A stretch of DNA of 64,000 bases from Candidatus Fermentibacteraceae bacterium (GCA_041750285.1 JBGSZS010000009.1:96001-160000), one strand, 5' to 3'. Positions 19,749 through 29,964 are shown, counted from the stretch's first letter. Notes: generated by a model not told the origin, from the letters alone. Numbers and translations are program-made.

Positions 19749-22142
19749 TCAGTTCACCCGTGCCGAGAACTCACCGGTCGTCCACTCCATCCGCTGCGCC
19801 CTGGTCACCGCCAACAGGTCGGCCTCGAACTCCCTCAGCGCCGCAAGGTCTTCTTCGGGAACACATACTGTCATCCCGGCCAGTTCGGTGGCCATCGAGA
19901 GGCTGTTCTCGCTCTTGTGGCGTCTGGCCTCCTCGATGACGAGTAGCGCCATCTCGCCGTACTTGAGAGATTCGTTGTCGGGAGACCCAGCCTCGGGCCA
20001 GGGAGCCGTGTGTATGCTCTCGTGCTTCTCGTGCAGCTTGAACACCAGGTTGTAAAGCTCGTCGGTGATGTGCACCATTACCGGGGCGAAAAGCCTGAGA
20101 ACACCGTAAAGAGCGGTGTAAAGCGCATGCCTGGCGGCATTTGCCGCATTCTGATCATCTCCGTAAAGCCTTGACTTGACTATCTCGAGATAGTTGTCGC
20201 ACAGTGCTTTCCAGAAGAAGGTCTCGGCCTCGGAGATGCACGAGGAGTACTCGTACTGGTCCATGCCCGCGGTGGCCCTTGCGATCGAGCCCGAAAGCCT
20301 TGCCAGTATCCATCTGTCGAAGGGGTGCAGCACTGGGGGTTCGCCGGGAGTGAACCCTTCAAGATGCCCGGCTGCGAACCGGGCGGCATTCCAAAGCTTC
20401 GTGACAAGGCGTCTTCCCTCACCCAGAACGTCCTGGCTGAAGACAACATCGCTCCCCAGCCTGCTGGAACACGCCCAGTACCTGAGCTCGTCGGCACTGT
20501 ATACCTCGAGCGCGGCAAGGGGGTCGCCCGCGACGTTGCCCTTGCTCTTCGACATCTTTTCACGGTTCGGGTTGAGTGCGTGGCCGGAGATCATCACCGT
20601 GTCCCAGGGCGTGGAGTCGTTGTGAAGGTGGGCCTTCACGATGGTGTAGAACGCCCAGGTCCTTATGATGTCGTGCGCCTGGGGTCTGAGGCTCATGGGC
20701 AGGGCGATGTCGCGCTGATCCACCTCGCGCCACTTCAGGTTGATCTGGGGGGTAAGGCTGCTGGTGGCCCATGTATCCATGACGTCGGTCTCGGCCAGAA
20801 AGTTTGTGCACCCGCAACCGGGGCACGGTTCTTCGGGCGAATCGGCAAGGGGATCGACGGGAAGCTGCCCCTGCGACGCGAATACCGGCTGACCGCAGTC
20901 CGCGCAGAACCACACCGGGAAGGGAACCCCGAAATACCTCTGCCTTGAGATGCACCAGTCCCACTTCAGGTTCTCAACCCAGTGGTCGTACCTGACCCTG
21001 AAATGGGAGGGACGCCAGTCCACTTCCGCACCCCGCTTCAGAAGCTCTTCCTTCATGTCCAGTATCCTTATGAACCACTGCTGGTTCACGAGGTATTCGA
21101 GGGGTGTTCCACACCGCTCATGAACATTCACCGGGTGGGTTATATCCTTGCCGCCCTTGGCGAAACCCTCTTGACCGAGTTTCTCGACAATGACCTGCCT
21201 GGCCTTCTTCCAGAAAAGGCCCTGGAGGAACCCGGCCTTCTCGTTCATGTAGCCGCGCCTGTCAAGGATGATGCGGAGCTCGAGGCCGTAGTCCTGCCAC
21301 CACTGGATGTCGGTCGTGTCACCGAAGGTGCAGCACATCACCGCACCCGAACCCTTTTCCATGCTGACTGCAGGGTCGGACAGAACGGTCACCTCGCGGT
21401 CGAAGAGCGGGACGCCGACCTTGCGGCCCAGAAGATGTCTGTAGCGGCCGTCGTCGGGGTTCACGAACACGGCCACGCATGCCGGCAGCAGTTCCGGCCG
21501 AGTGGTGGCGATGGGTATGCTTTCCGAACCGCCGGCCAGGGGAAACAGAAGGTCATGGAAGAACCCTGGGATGTCCCTGTCTTCGGTCTCCGCCTGGGCT
21601 ACAGCCGTGCCGCACTCGGGGCACCAGAGGGTCGGTGATTCCTTCCTGTAGACCCTGTCCTTCCGTACCAGGTCGAGGAATGAACGCTGACTGAGCCTTT
21701 GCACCCACGGATCGATGGTCGTGTAGAGAAGGCTCCAGTCGCAGCTGAAACCGAACCTGGTCCACAGGTCCCTGAACTGCTCCTCAGCGCCGGCGGTCAC
21801 CTCGAGGCAGAGCTTGACGAAATCGGCCCTGGACATGCCGGTGGCCTTGACCCCCTTCACCTTCTCGGTGAACCTTTCACTGGGAAGACCGTTGTCATCG
21901 AAACAGAAAGGGTAAAAGACAAGGTCTCCGAGCATCCGGCGGTACCGCGCAACGACCTCGGCCTGAACGTAGCTGAATACATGACCCATGTGGATCATGC
22001 CGCTCACCGTGGGCGGCGGAGTGTCTATGGAAAAGACGCGGCGGCCCGGGCAGGGGGTGTACCTGTAAATGCCGGTTTCGGCCCAGCTTTTCTGCAGCCG
22101 GGCTTCGACTTCCCGGGGATCGTACCTTTTCGGCAGGGACAT
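19749..22142 (-). CDS. valS: Valyl-tRNA synthetase, short (archaeal-like, type 2) form
   Basis: IDTPPPTVSG, HMGH, DWCISRQR, DTWATSS, KMSKS; 797 aa with no C-terminal coiled-coil arm. Confidence 0.93.
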   Translation of the reverse strand: MSLPKRYDPREVEARLQKSWAETGIYRYTPCPGRRVFSIDTPPPTVSGMIHMGHVFSYVQAEVVARYRRMLGDLVFYPFCFDDNGLPSERFTEKVKGVKATGMSRADFVKLCLEVTAGAEEQFRDLWTRFGFSCDWSLLYTTIDPWVQRLSQRSFLDLVRKDRVYRKESPTLWCPECGTAVAQAETEDRDIPGFFHDLLFPLAGGSESIPIATTRPELLPACVAVFVNPDDGRYRHLLGRKVGVPLFDREVTVLSDPAVSMEKGSGAVMCCTFGDTTDIQWWQDYGLELRIILDRRGYMNEKAGFLQGLFWKKARQVIVEKLGQEGFAKGGKDITHPVNVHERCGTPLEYLVNQQWFIRILDMKEELLKRGAEVDWRPSHFRVRYDHWVENLKWDWCISRQRYFGVPFPVWFCADCGQPVFASQGQLPVDPLADSPEEPCPGCGCTNFLAETDVMDTWATSSLTPQINLKWREVDQRDIALPMSLRPQAHDIIRTWAFYTIVKAHLHNDSTPWDTVMISGHALNPNREKMSKSKGNVAGDPLAALEVYSADELRYWACSSRLGSDVVFSQDVLGEGRRLVTKLWNAARFAAGHLEGFTPGEPPVLHPFDRWILARLSGSIARATAGMDQYEYSSCISEAETFFWKALCDNYLEIVKSRLYGDDQNAANAARHALYTALYGVLRLFAPVMVHITDELYNLVFKLHEKHESIHTAPWPEAGSPDNESLKYGEMALLVIEEARRHKSENSLSMATELAGMTVCVPEEDLAALREFEADLLAVTRAQRMEWTTGEFSARVN

Positions 22143-22155
22143 GCCGGGGTGCCTC

Positions 22156-23523
22156 CTATTCCTCCCAGCCGCTTCTCATGAGCCGGGCCATTACTTCCAC
22201 GATGTTGGAGATGTCAACCCTGATCTGGCCGAGGGAATCGCGGTCCCTCACGGTGACCTTCCCGTCTTCCGGACTGTCGAAATCAAAGGTTACGCAGTAG
22301 GGTGTGCCTATCTCGTCGTTCCGTCTGTAGCGCTTGCCTATTGAACCGGTCACGTCGAACAGGACCGGCCAGTGTGGCCGAAGGGCTTCCAGAACATTCT
22401 CCGCACCCTCCGAGAGCTTCTTTGAAAGGGGCAGGACGGCCGCCTTCACGGGTGCCAGTTTCCTGTCGAGAGAGAGAACCACCCTCTCGCGGCCTTCGAC
22501 CTCCTCGGTGCGGTAGGCGTCGAGGAGCACGGCGAGGAAGGTCCTTCCCACACCGCCCGACGTCTCCACCACATGGGGGATGTACTTCTCCCCCGAGATC
22601 GTGTCGTGGAAGCGCAGGTCCTTCCCCGAAGCCGTCATGTGGGCTTTGAGATCGTAGTCGGAGCGGTTGGCGATGCCCTCGAGCTCACCGAAACCGTCCC
22701 CCCCGGCAAAGGGGAAGCGGTACTCGATGTCGGTGCAGCCGGCGGCATAGTGGGCCAGCTCGCTCTCATCGTGCGCCCTGAGCCTCAGGTTGGCGCCTTT
22801 GATGCCAAGTGTTCCGGTGTACCACAGCAGCCTGCGGTCTATCCAGTAGCGGTACCATTTCCCGGCATCTTCAGGCCTTGTGAAGAACTCCATTTCCATC
22901 TGCTCGAACTCGCGGCTGCGGAAGATGAAGTTCCTCACCGTTATCTCGTTGCGGAAGGCCTTGCCGGTCTGGGCGACTCCGAAGGGCACGACCATGCGTG
23001 TGGACGTGACGATGTTCTGGAAATGGGTGAAGATGGACTGGCAGGTCTCGGGACGCAGGTACGCCACGGCACTGTCTTCCTCGACCGGACCCATGAATGT
23101 CTTGAACATCAGGCCGAAATCCCTTGGCTCGGTGAGCTCGCCGCCGCACTCGGGGCATGAGTCGCCCTGGAGCTGATCGGCCCTGAACCGGCCCCGGCAC
23201 TTCCTGCAGTCCACCAGGGGATCGTGGAAGTTCCTGAGGTGGCCCGATGCCTCCCAGACCCCCGGATGGGTGATAATGGCCGTGTCAACGCCCACCACGT
23301 CGTTCCGGGTGCGCACCATCTCGTTCCACCAGAGGTCGGTGATGTTCCGTTTCAGTTCAACGCCAAGCGGGCCGTAATCCCACGCGGACTGCAGACCGCC
23401 GTATATCTCGCCGGACTGGTACACGAAACCAAGCCTCTTGCACAGGCTTATGATGTCGCGCATCAGGTCGCGGCCGTCTTCCTGCGATTCGATTTCCGTT
23501 TCTCTTTCCTTGTCAGGTTGCAT
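22156..23523 (-). CDS. glyQS: Glycyl-tRNA synthetase, homodimeric (alpha2) type
   Basis: YGPLGVELK, YLRPETCQ, GKAFRNEI, FRSREFEQME, ELEGIANR, GSIGKRYRRNDEIGTPYC. Confidence 0.95.
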   Translation of the reverse strand: MQPDKERETEIESQEDGRDLMRDIISLCKRLGFVYQSGEIYGGLQSAWDYGPLGVELKRNITDLWWNEMVRTRNDVVGVDTAIITHPGVWEASGHLRNFHDPLVDCRKCRGRFRADQLQGDSCPECGGELTEPRDFGLMFKTFMGPVEEDSAVAYLRPETCQSIFTHFQNIVTSTRMVVPFGVAQTGKAFRNEITVRNFIFRSREFEQMEMEFFTRPEDAGKWYRYWIDRRLLWYTGTLGIKGANLRLRAHDESELAHYAAGCTDIEYRFPFAGGDGFGELEGIANRSDYDLKAHMTASGKDLRFHDTISGEKYIPHVVETSGGVGRTFLAVLLDAYRTEEVEGRERVVLSLDRKLAPVKAAVLPLSKKLSEGAENVLEALRPHWPVLFDVTGSIGKRYRRNDEIGTPYCVTFDFDSPEDGKVTVRDRDSLGQIRVDISNIVEVMARLMRSGWEE

Positions 23524-24265
23524 CGAGCATGTCCTCCATGATTCGAAGGGCCTTCAGGGGAAGCCTCTTCTCAAGGTGGGTTTCGGTGTATTCCCTGAGA
23601 AGGTCAAGGCACTGCCGGAACCCGCCGGGCCACAACCTGACCTTCACGACTTTATCAAGGGGCGTTCCGGCGGATTTCGCCAGAAAACCCAGAAGCCCCG
23701 GTGACACGGTCTCACTTCCCGGCGCACACCCCGAACACACAACCCCCCCCGCGGATGGGTTCCAGCGGGGCGGAACGGGTTCGGTCCTGCCGCACAGTGC
23801 ACAGGACTCGATCTGCATCCCGTGCCCGGAAAGCGCCAGAAGCCTCTGGATACCGCCGCAAAGCACCGGCATTGGAGATGCCCCGCCCTCCAGCAGACTG
23901 AACACGTTGTCCAGCAGATGGTAGACCGGCTCTGAAGGCTCGTTGCCGTAGCTCACCACCGACAGCAGCCACTCGGAAAACACGGCCGCGGCGGCGAAAG
24001 CCCGTGGATCCTCACGAAGACCTTCACGGTGTGCCAGCACGGATGCCTCGATGACAGTATCCAGTTCGCGCCCCTCCCTTCGGGAGAGGCAGAACTCCCC
24101 TTCACTGAAGAGCTCGACCTTGCCCAGAAGGCTGCCCTTCGGACGAAGGCAACCCCTGGCCATGCCGCTGGCCCTTCCCAGATCAAGGGAATACAGGGTA
24201 AGTATAAGCGATGATTCGCTCCAGCGTACCCTTCTCAGTACGAACGCCGGTGTTGTAAGCCTCAA
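23513..24265 (-). CDS. recO: DNA repair protein RecO
   Basis: N-terminal AFVLRR..WSESSLILTLYS..G OB-fold; CxxC...CxxC zinc finger; position next to glyQS/ybeY. Confidence 0.88.
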   Translation of the reverse strand: MRLTTPAFVLRRVRWSESSLILTLYSLDLGRASGMARGCLRPKGSLLGKVELFSEGEFCLSRREGRELDTVIEASVLAHREGLREDPRAFAAAAVFSEWLLSVVSYGNEPSEPVYHLLDNVFSLLEGGASPMPVLCGGIQRLLALSGHGMQIESCALCGRTEPVPPRWNPSAGGVVCSGCAPGSETVSPGLLGFLAKSAGTPLDKVVKVRLWPGGFRQCLDLLREYTETHLEKRLPLKALRIMEDMLDAT

Positions 24266-25503
24266 TCGGGCCTTTCCGACGGAGCGACCTTGAGAAGGAG
24301 GATCCGCTGAGCCCTGACCTTCTCGACCGTGAACACGTGTCCCTCAACGGTGACAGCCTCGCCGGGACGGGGGATGTGTCCCAGCCTGCGGTAGACCAGA
24401 CCGGCCACGGTCTCGTAGTCGTCGTCCTCCTCGAAGGATGTGTCCAGAAGGTCGTTGAGGTCATCGACAGGAAGCCTTCCATCAACCCTGAACGCACCCC
24501 TGCCGAGAGAGAATGAAAGGGGAGATTCTGTGTCGTACTCGTCGCGTATCTCGCCGAACACCTCTTCCACCAGGTCCTCCATGGTTACTATGCCGGCAGT
24601 TCCCCCGTACTCGTCCACCACGATGGCCATGTGGATGCGGTGCGCCTGGAACTCGCGGAACAGCTCGTCTATGCTCTTGTACTCGGGCACGAAATAGGCT
24701 TCCCGCAGGAGCTCCTTCATGTGAAACCCCTTGCCGCCTCCCGCAAGCACATCCAGGAGATCCTTGGTGTAAAGCACACCCTCGATGTCGTCGATCTTCT
24801 CACGATATACGGGAATGCGCGAGTGGCCGGCCTTCCTTACCTTGTCCACCACGTCGGCGAGATCGTCGGAGAGCGGCAGCGATACCATGTCGATGCGGGG
24901 CACCATCACCTCGCGGACGATCCTGTCGGAGAAGGAGAGGACCGAATCCACCATCTCCTGCTCCTTCTCGAGATCGCCTGCATCCCCCTTCTCGCGCCTC
25001 TGCTCGAGCCACATGATGTCGGGCGGCGTGAAGGCCCATTCTTCGGACACTGCTTCATCGGAACGGTTCCTGCCCAGGAAGAGCCCCGCCGGAAGGGTGA
25101 ACACCACCCGGAGGACGAGCATGGGCAGTCTGAGAACACGCGCTGCCCTGTCCGGGTTGTTGTGGGCGAGCCACGCCGGAAGGACCTCGGACAGAAGGAT
25201 GTAAGCCGCAAGAAGGACCGCCCAGCTCAGCGGGGCGAAATCACCGCCCGGGGCGCCCGCGAGCAGGGCACAGCCGGAACCTGCGAGCGTATGGCCCGCT
25301 ACACGCGCAAGCCAGAGGATTCGAAGCCTTGAACCGGCTTCGCGGCGCCTCTGGGCAGGGTCGCGGCCCTGCTGTTCGACAAGTCCGGGCAGGGCCGCCC
25401 GTGCCGAGGAGGCGGCGGCAGTCAGCAACAGACCGGTCAGAAGGACGAGGAACTCCAAGGGAGTGGGGCTGATGTGAAGGCCGAAATCGAGGCTGGGGCT
25501 CAT
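24262..25503 (-). CDS. Hemolysin/CorC (CNNM-CBS-CorC_HlyC) family protein
   Basis: N-terminal TM segments; VREVMVPRIDM, HSRIPVY, HMAIVVDEYGGTAGIVTMEDLVEE, YETVAG. Confidence 0.9.
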   Translation of the reverse strand: MSPSLDFGLHISPTPLEFLVLLTGLLLTAAASSARAALPGLVEQQGRDPAQRRREAGSRLRILWLARVAGHTLAGSGCALLAGAPGGDFAPLSWAVLLAAYILLSEVLPAWLAHNNPDRAARVLRLPMLVLRVVFTLPAGLFLGRNRSDEAVSEEWAFTPPDIMWLEQRREKGDAGDLEKEQEMVDSVLSFSDRIVREVMVPRIDMVSLPLSDDLADVVDKVRKAGHSRIPVYREKIDDIEGVLYTKDLLDVLAGGGKGFHMKELLREAYFVPEYKSIDELFREFQAHRIHMAIVVDEYGGTAGIVTMEDLVEEVFGEIRDEYDTESPLSFSLGRGAFRVDGRLPVDDLNDLLDTSFEEDDDYETVAGLVYRRLGHIPRPGEAVTVEGHVFTVEKVRAQRILLLKVAPSERPD

Positions 25504-25898
25504 TTCGACACACCGGCGAGGAATTCGGCGGTCAGTTGCTCCATCAGTTCCGCCTTTTCGGGGGTGTGATGGCTGAAACCCCTCAGGTGAAGCCATCCGT
25601 GGATGATGCGTTCAAGGACCTCGCTGAGGGGCGGAGCCATCCTGCCGTCAACGAAGATCGTTCCTTCGGGGGGACCTCCGGGATCCGACAGATCAAACGT
25701 GAGCACATCGGTGGGCCTGTCAAGCATTCTGAAACGCCTGTTGAGCATGCGCATCATTCCGGGGTCGCAAACCACCACCTCGATCCTGCCGTCGCCCTCC
25801 AGGATCGGTGCAAGCCTTTCGTGCAGGCTCTGAAGAACCGGATCTGGTTTCTCGAGAACGAATTCGATTATAAGGGACGAATGCCGGTCATACTCCAT
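25500..25898 (-). CDS. ybeY: rRNA maturation endoribonuclease YbeY
   Basis: LNRRFR..DRPTDVLTF; HGWLHLRGFSH (H-x3-H-x5-H). Confidence 0.9.
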   Translation of the reverse strand: MEYDRHSSLIIEFVLEKPDPVLQSLHERLAPILEGDGRIEVVVCDPGMMRMLNRRFRMLDRPTDVLTFDLSDPGGPPEGTIFVDGRMAPPLSEVLERIIHGWLHLRGFSHHTPEKAELMEQLTAEFLAGVSK

Positions 25899-27900
25899 GG
25901 GGGTAGTTTTTCACCCTTTCATAGTCCGATTTGAGGAGTATGTCCAGAAACACGTGCCAGACATCCTCCTGCATCGACCTGGTCAAGCCGCAAAGGTCGT
26001 ACTGACCTTCGGCGTCCTTCTCCTTTATGCTGCGCTTCACCGTTTCCGCAATCTCGCTCTTGCTCTTCAGCATCCTGGAAGCGCTGGAAGCCGAGTCGGC
26101 CGTCATCACCAGCGCGGCCTCGATGCTCCTGGGTTTTGGCCCGGGATACCGGAAATCATCCTCGTCCACTGCCTCGTCTGGCGCCGCCTCTTTTCTGGCC
26201 TTGGCGAAGAAGCTCATCGTCAGACCTGTTCCGTGGTGTTCACGGATGATGTCGATCACCTCGGACGGCAGGTGGTGCTTCCGGGCAAGCTTGATCCCCT
26301 GCTGCACGTGGTCGATCACGAGGGCCGCGCTCTCCCGTGGGTCCATGTAGTCATGCGGGTTGTAATATGATTGATTCATCATGTTCTCGATGAACATCCC
26401 GGGCTGCTTCAGTTTTCCGATGTCGTGATAGAACCCGCCCATCCTTGCGACCTCGGTGTTGGCGCCCAGTTTGGTGGCTGCCGCGGCAGCCAGCTCGGCC
26501 ACCTGCAGCGAATGGGTGTAGGTCCCCATGGCTTCCTCGCGCATCCTGACCCTGAGCGGATGGCCGTCGCTGAGGAGCCTGGCGTGAGTCAGTCTCGTTG
26601 TGACCCTGAAGGTCATCTCAATGGGGTGGACGAGTATCCTGGCGATCGCCAGGGAACCGAAGGGGACCACGAACAGCGTGACGATGACCGGTGCGTCGAA
26701 GGGGTAACCCGGGCCGATCCATGCCGTGTGCAGAGCCCAGTATACGAGCAGGCTTCCCGCCACGGATATCAGAAGGGAGAGTGACAGGTCACGCTCGGTG
26801 AGCTGTCTGAAGACCCCGGACGCAAACGCAGCTGGTACGGCAGACACAAGGAATGCCGTAAAGGGGCTTCCGCTTCCCAGCGCTGCCGCCGCACTGAAGA
26901 TCATGGCGAGGAACCAGGCGTGGTACACCCCCGAGGAATCGAAAAAAACGGCGGTCATGCATGCGCCGAAAACGCTGAATGATATGACTTGAAGACGGGC
27001 TGAGCCGGCCATCTGCCACAGAAGGCCCGTTGCGGCAAGGGAGGCCATCCAGATGCTTCCCAGCAGAAGCACCCGCGACGGCGAGGTGAGAACCCTTCCC
27101 ATGGCCCTTGCACCGTACATCACGGCAAGCAGCACCAGAAGCGCCGCGGGGACGAACCTCGCTCCGGTGCGAAGGGGGCCGGGATAGGAAAGGGAGCTGT
27201 TCATGGCGTCGAACACCCGGAAGAACTCTTCATCGGGAATGTCGCCCGGGGAAAGCAGGGTGTCGCCCGGGGCGAAGGAGTGTTCCACAACTGACACCCG
27301 CTCTTCCGCTGCATTCATTGCACTGTCACGGGGGGTTACCGCCAGACTCAGGTCCGGCAGAAGAAGTGCCGATATGCTCTCGGCGACAGCTGCTGAAAAA
27401 ACGGGCAGCAGATCGCGGCTCAGGAACTCCCTGGCTTCCGCGACATCGGTGAAGCTCTCCCAGGTGCCCCGCACAAAGTTGTCGTCGTCAAGCTTCAGCA
27501 AAACCGAGTCGCTGGTGCTCAGCGCCCTGAGCCCGGTCTCGTCGATCAGGCCGCTTCCGTAATAGTCGTTGCGAAGTATCCCGGCCACGAAGATGGAATC
27601 GGCCCCGGCAAGTTCAAGGGCGTGCTGCAGGTCCTTGAGGGATGAATGCCGGACGCCCGGGAAACGAACAACGAAAACCGGGGCCGCCTCACGCGCAATG
27701 CTTCTCAGTGAATCTATGGTTTCAGCGCTGTACTCGAGCTCGAACCCGACAGGTGTAATGATGGCATCGGAAACAGGCTGGCCGAGAACGGGGTTGACGT
27801 CGGACAGCACGGCCTTGCCGCCGAAAAGGGCGAACCAGATCACAAGGAAGCCCCCGGCCACGACGACCGCCATGCTCCGCCTGCCCCAGTTACCCGTCAT
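25888..27900 (-). CDS. 7TM-HDIG membrane phosphohydrolase (PgpH-like)
   Basis: Extracellular domain followed by about seven TM segments; GTYTHS, YHDIGK, FIEN, EHHGT, FRYPGPKP. Confidence 0.88.
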   Translation of the reverse strand: MTGNWGRRSMAVVVAGGFLVIWFALFGGKAVLSDVNPVLGQPVSDAIITPVGFELEYSAETIDSLRSIAREAAPVFVVRFPGVRHSSLKDLQHALELAGADSIFVAGILRNDYYGSGLIDETGLRALSTSDSVLLKLDDDNFVRGTWESFTDVAEAREFLSRDLLPVFSAAVAESISALLLPDLSLAVTPRDSAMNAAEERVSVVEHSFAPGDTLLSPGDIPDEEFFRVFDAMNSSLSYPGPLRTGARFVPAALLVLLAVMYGARAMGRVLTSPSRVLLLGSIWMASLAATGLLWQMAGSARLQVISFSVFGACMTAVFFDSSGVYHAWFLAMIFSAAAALGSGSPFTAFLVSAVPAAFASGVFRQLTERDLSLSLLISVAGSLLVYWALHTAWIGPGYPFDAPVIVTLFVVPFGSLAIARILVHPIEMTFRVTTRLTHARLLSDGHPLRVRMREEAMGTYTHSLQVAELAAAAATKLGANTEVARMGGFYHDIGKLKQPGMFIENMMNQSYYNPHDYMDPRESAALVIDHVQQGIKLARKHHLPSEVIDIIREHHGTGLTMSFFAKARKEAAPDEAVDEDDFRYPGPKPRSIEAALVMTADSASSASRMLKSKSEIAETVKRSIKEKDAEGQYDLCGLTRSMQEDVWHVFLDILLKSDYERVKNYPHGV

Positions 27901-28834
27901 TTTCCTCCGCGCTCCCGAAGGCCTCGATTATCCTCTGAACCAGAGGGTGCCTCACCACGTCTTCCTTTTCAAGATAGATGAATGCCACGCCGGGGATCTG
28001 TCTCAGAATCTTCTGAATCCGGACAAGACCCGAGGCGGACGATGGTTTCAGGTCAATCTGAGTAACATCGCCCGTCACGACCAGCCTGGACCCGTATCCC
28101 ATTCTTGTGAGGAACATCTTGAGCTGTGTCAGCGTGGTGTTCTGCGCCTCATCGAGGATGACGAAGGAATTGTTGAGCGTGCGGCCCCTCATGTACGCCA
28201 GGGGCGCCACCTCGATTATCCCGGCCTCCATGTTCCTTGCCGTTCCGGCCGGTGTGAGGGTGTCGTCGAGGGAGTCGTAGATGGGCCTCAGATAGGGATC
28301 GATCTTCTGCTGCAGGTCGCCGGGCAAAAAGCCCAGGTTTTCCCCCGCCTCGACCGCCGGTCGTGTCAGAATGATCCGTTCCACCCTTCCGTCCCGCAGG
28401 GCGCTCACGGCTGCGGCCACCGCCAGGAAAGTCTTTCCGGTGCCCGCCGGGCCGATGCTGAATACCAGTTCGTTCGTCAGCATGGCCTTGAGGTAATGCT
28501 CCTGACCGGGGGAGCGGGGAACTATCCTGCCGGACCTTCCAGGAACCTCCAGAACGATTCCGGCACCCTTCATCCCCGGAAACTCCAATGCCTTGGCCAC
28601 GGCAGCCGAACTCACCGACCCGCATGACCTCAGTTCCGAGACAAGCCTTTCGATGGTTGCCTGCGCCCTGTCCAGCGCCCTGGGGCTGCCGCTGAGAAGC
28701 AGGGTCGAGTCACGGAAGACCGCGCTTACGCCCAGTTCCCGGCAGATGTCCCGCAGGTGAACGTCGCCGGGGCCGAGGATGTGCCTGGCGTCTTCAGGTG
28801 GCAGCGGGATGCGTCTGCCTGCGGCTGGCTTCAT
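27890..28834 (-). CDS. phoH: PhoH-family ATPase
   Basis: GPAGTGKT, ILTRPAVEAGENLGFLPGD, APLAYMRGRTL, LDEAQN, GDVTQIDL. Confidence 0.93.
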   Translation of the reverse strand: MKPAAGRRIPLPPEDARHILGPGDVHLRDICRELGVSAVFRDSTLLLSGSPRALDRAQATIERLVSELRSCGSVSSAAVAKALEFPGMKGAGIVLEVPGRSGRIVPRSPGQEHYLKAMLTNELVFSIGPAGTGKTFLAVAAAVSALRDGRVERIILTRPAVEAGENLGFLPGDLQQKIDPYLRPIYDSLDDTLTPAGTARNMEAGIIEVAPLAYMRGRTLNNSFVILDEAQNTTLTQLKMFLTRMGYGSRLVVTGDVTQIDLKPSSASGLVRIQKILRQIPGVAFIYLEKEDVVRHPLVQRIIEAFGSAEENDG

Positions 28835-28905
28835 GGGCGCTTCAAGTGAACAGGCTCCCCGCCCGGATGGGACAGGGAGCCTGAAACACGGTTCACTATC
28901 GCTGG

Positions 28906-29571
28906 TTAGCGGGTCATACCGCGGGTTGTGCCGCGGGGGATAGTGAGAACCTGGCCCGGGAAGATCAGGTTGGGGTCGCTGATCTTGTCGCGGTTGGCTT
29001 CGTAGAGCTGGGGCCACATGCCGCGTTCGCCGTAGACGATTCCGTAGCCCGAGATCTTGCCGAGGAAGTCGCCCTCGATGACGGTGTAGCTGGTGGCGTA
29101 GGGAACCGGTACGATGAGGGTGTGGCCGGCGTAGATCAGGTTGGGGTCGCTGATCGTGTCACGGTTGCGGTCGTAGATCTTGGGCCATTCGCTGCCGTTG
29201 TTGAAGTAGTAGTGGTAGCTTGCGATCTGCCAGAGGCACTCGCCCTCGACGATGAGGTGGGGAACACCGGAGCCGCGAAGGCGGGTGATCTCACCGCGGA
29301 GCCAGGAGATGTCCTGGTTGAGCTGGTTCACGACGGCCTGGAGTTCATCCCTCTGTGCACGAAGCGGAAGGACTTTGGCTTCCCATTCGGCAACCTGGGC
29401 GTCGGCCTCGGCCTTGCGCCACTCCCAGTAGGCGATCTGCTGGGCGATGTTCTTGTTGCCCCAGGATTCGACTTCTTCCTGAGTAAGAACGGAGAGTTCA
29501 TCTGCGGACCAGGTACGGGCAAAGCCCACGGCCGCGACGAGGATCAGAGCTAATACGAAAAGATTACGCAT
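28906..29571 (-). CDS. Secreted coiled-coil protein with two LysM domains
   Basis: Signal peptide; heptad region; two LysM copies ([21 protein letters not shown] and [21 protein letters not shown]). Confidence 0.88.
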   Translation of the reverse strand: MRNLFVLALILVAAVGFARTWSADELSVLTQEEVESWGNKNIAQQIAYWEWRKAEADAQVAEWEAKVLPLRAQRDELQAVVNQLNQDISWLRGEITRLRGSGVPHLIVEGECLWQIASYHYYFNNGSEWPKIYDRNRDTISDPNLIYAGHTLIVPVPYATSYTVIEGDFLGKISGYGIVYGERGMWPQLYEANRDKISDPNLIFPGQVLTIPRGTTRGMTR

Positions 29572-29584
29572 TTCTCATCCCTTC

Positions 29585-29851
29585 CTAGCGGCCTGTCCCG
29601 CCGAGACTTTCGTACTCGGCCTGGAGTTCTGCCTTTTCCTGCTCGAGCTGCGGGATCTGCTGCTCAAGCTGAGGAATCTGCTGGTTCAGCTGCTCGTACT
29701 CGTTCTGCAGGCTGACAACCCTGGCTTCAGCGGCGAGTGCTGCTGAGCGGGCGTTGTCCCGGGCGCGGATCTGCTCCTGGCTCGGGCCGCAGGCGGTGAG
29801 CAGCAGGGATACGGCAAGAATCACAAGGCAAATGCTGCGAGTCCTGACCAT
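29585..29851 (-). CDS. Small coiled-coil lipoprotein
   Basis: AAGGAGG RBS; lipobox LLTA-C; heptads QLNQQIPQLEQQIPQLEQEK. Confidence 0.8.
   Translation of the reverse strand: MVRTRSICLVILAVSLLLTACGPSQEQIRARDNARSAALAAEARVVSLQNEYEQLNQQIPQLEQQIPQLEQEKAELQAEYESLGGTGR
29639..29692. repeat. Imperfect 21-bp tandem repeat (about 2.5 copies) encoding QIPQLEQ heptads
   Basis: ctgctcgagctgcgggatctg / ctgctcaagctgaggaatctg / ctggttcagctg. Confidence 0.75.
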
Positions 29852-29964
29852 CCCCGATACCTCCTTCCATTTGCGTTTGATTGTGTGCACTTGCTTCCCC
29901 TCGAACCCCCGAAGGGATTCATCCCCTGAATCGAAGAAACACTGAAAACTCTCTTGGGAACTGT

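Noticed and set aside
28960..29160. Near-identical 23-bp DNA repeats as a DGR template/variable pair
   Set aside because: Explained by the duplicated LysM domains; no reverse transcriptase and no adenine-specific mismatch pattern.
29852..29960. c-di-AMP (ydaO) riboswitch upstream of the LysM and PgpH-like genes
   Set aside because: Only a GGGGATGAATC fragment resembles it; the other conserved segments are missing.
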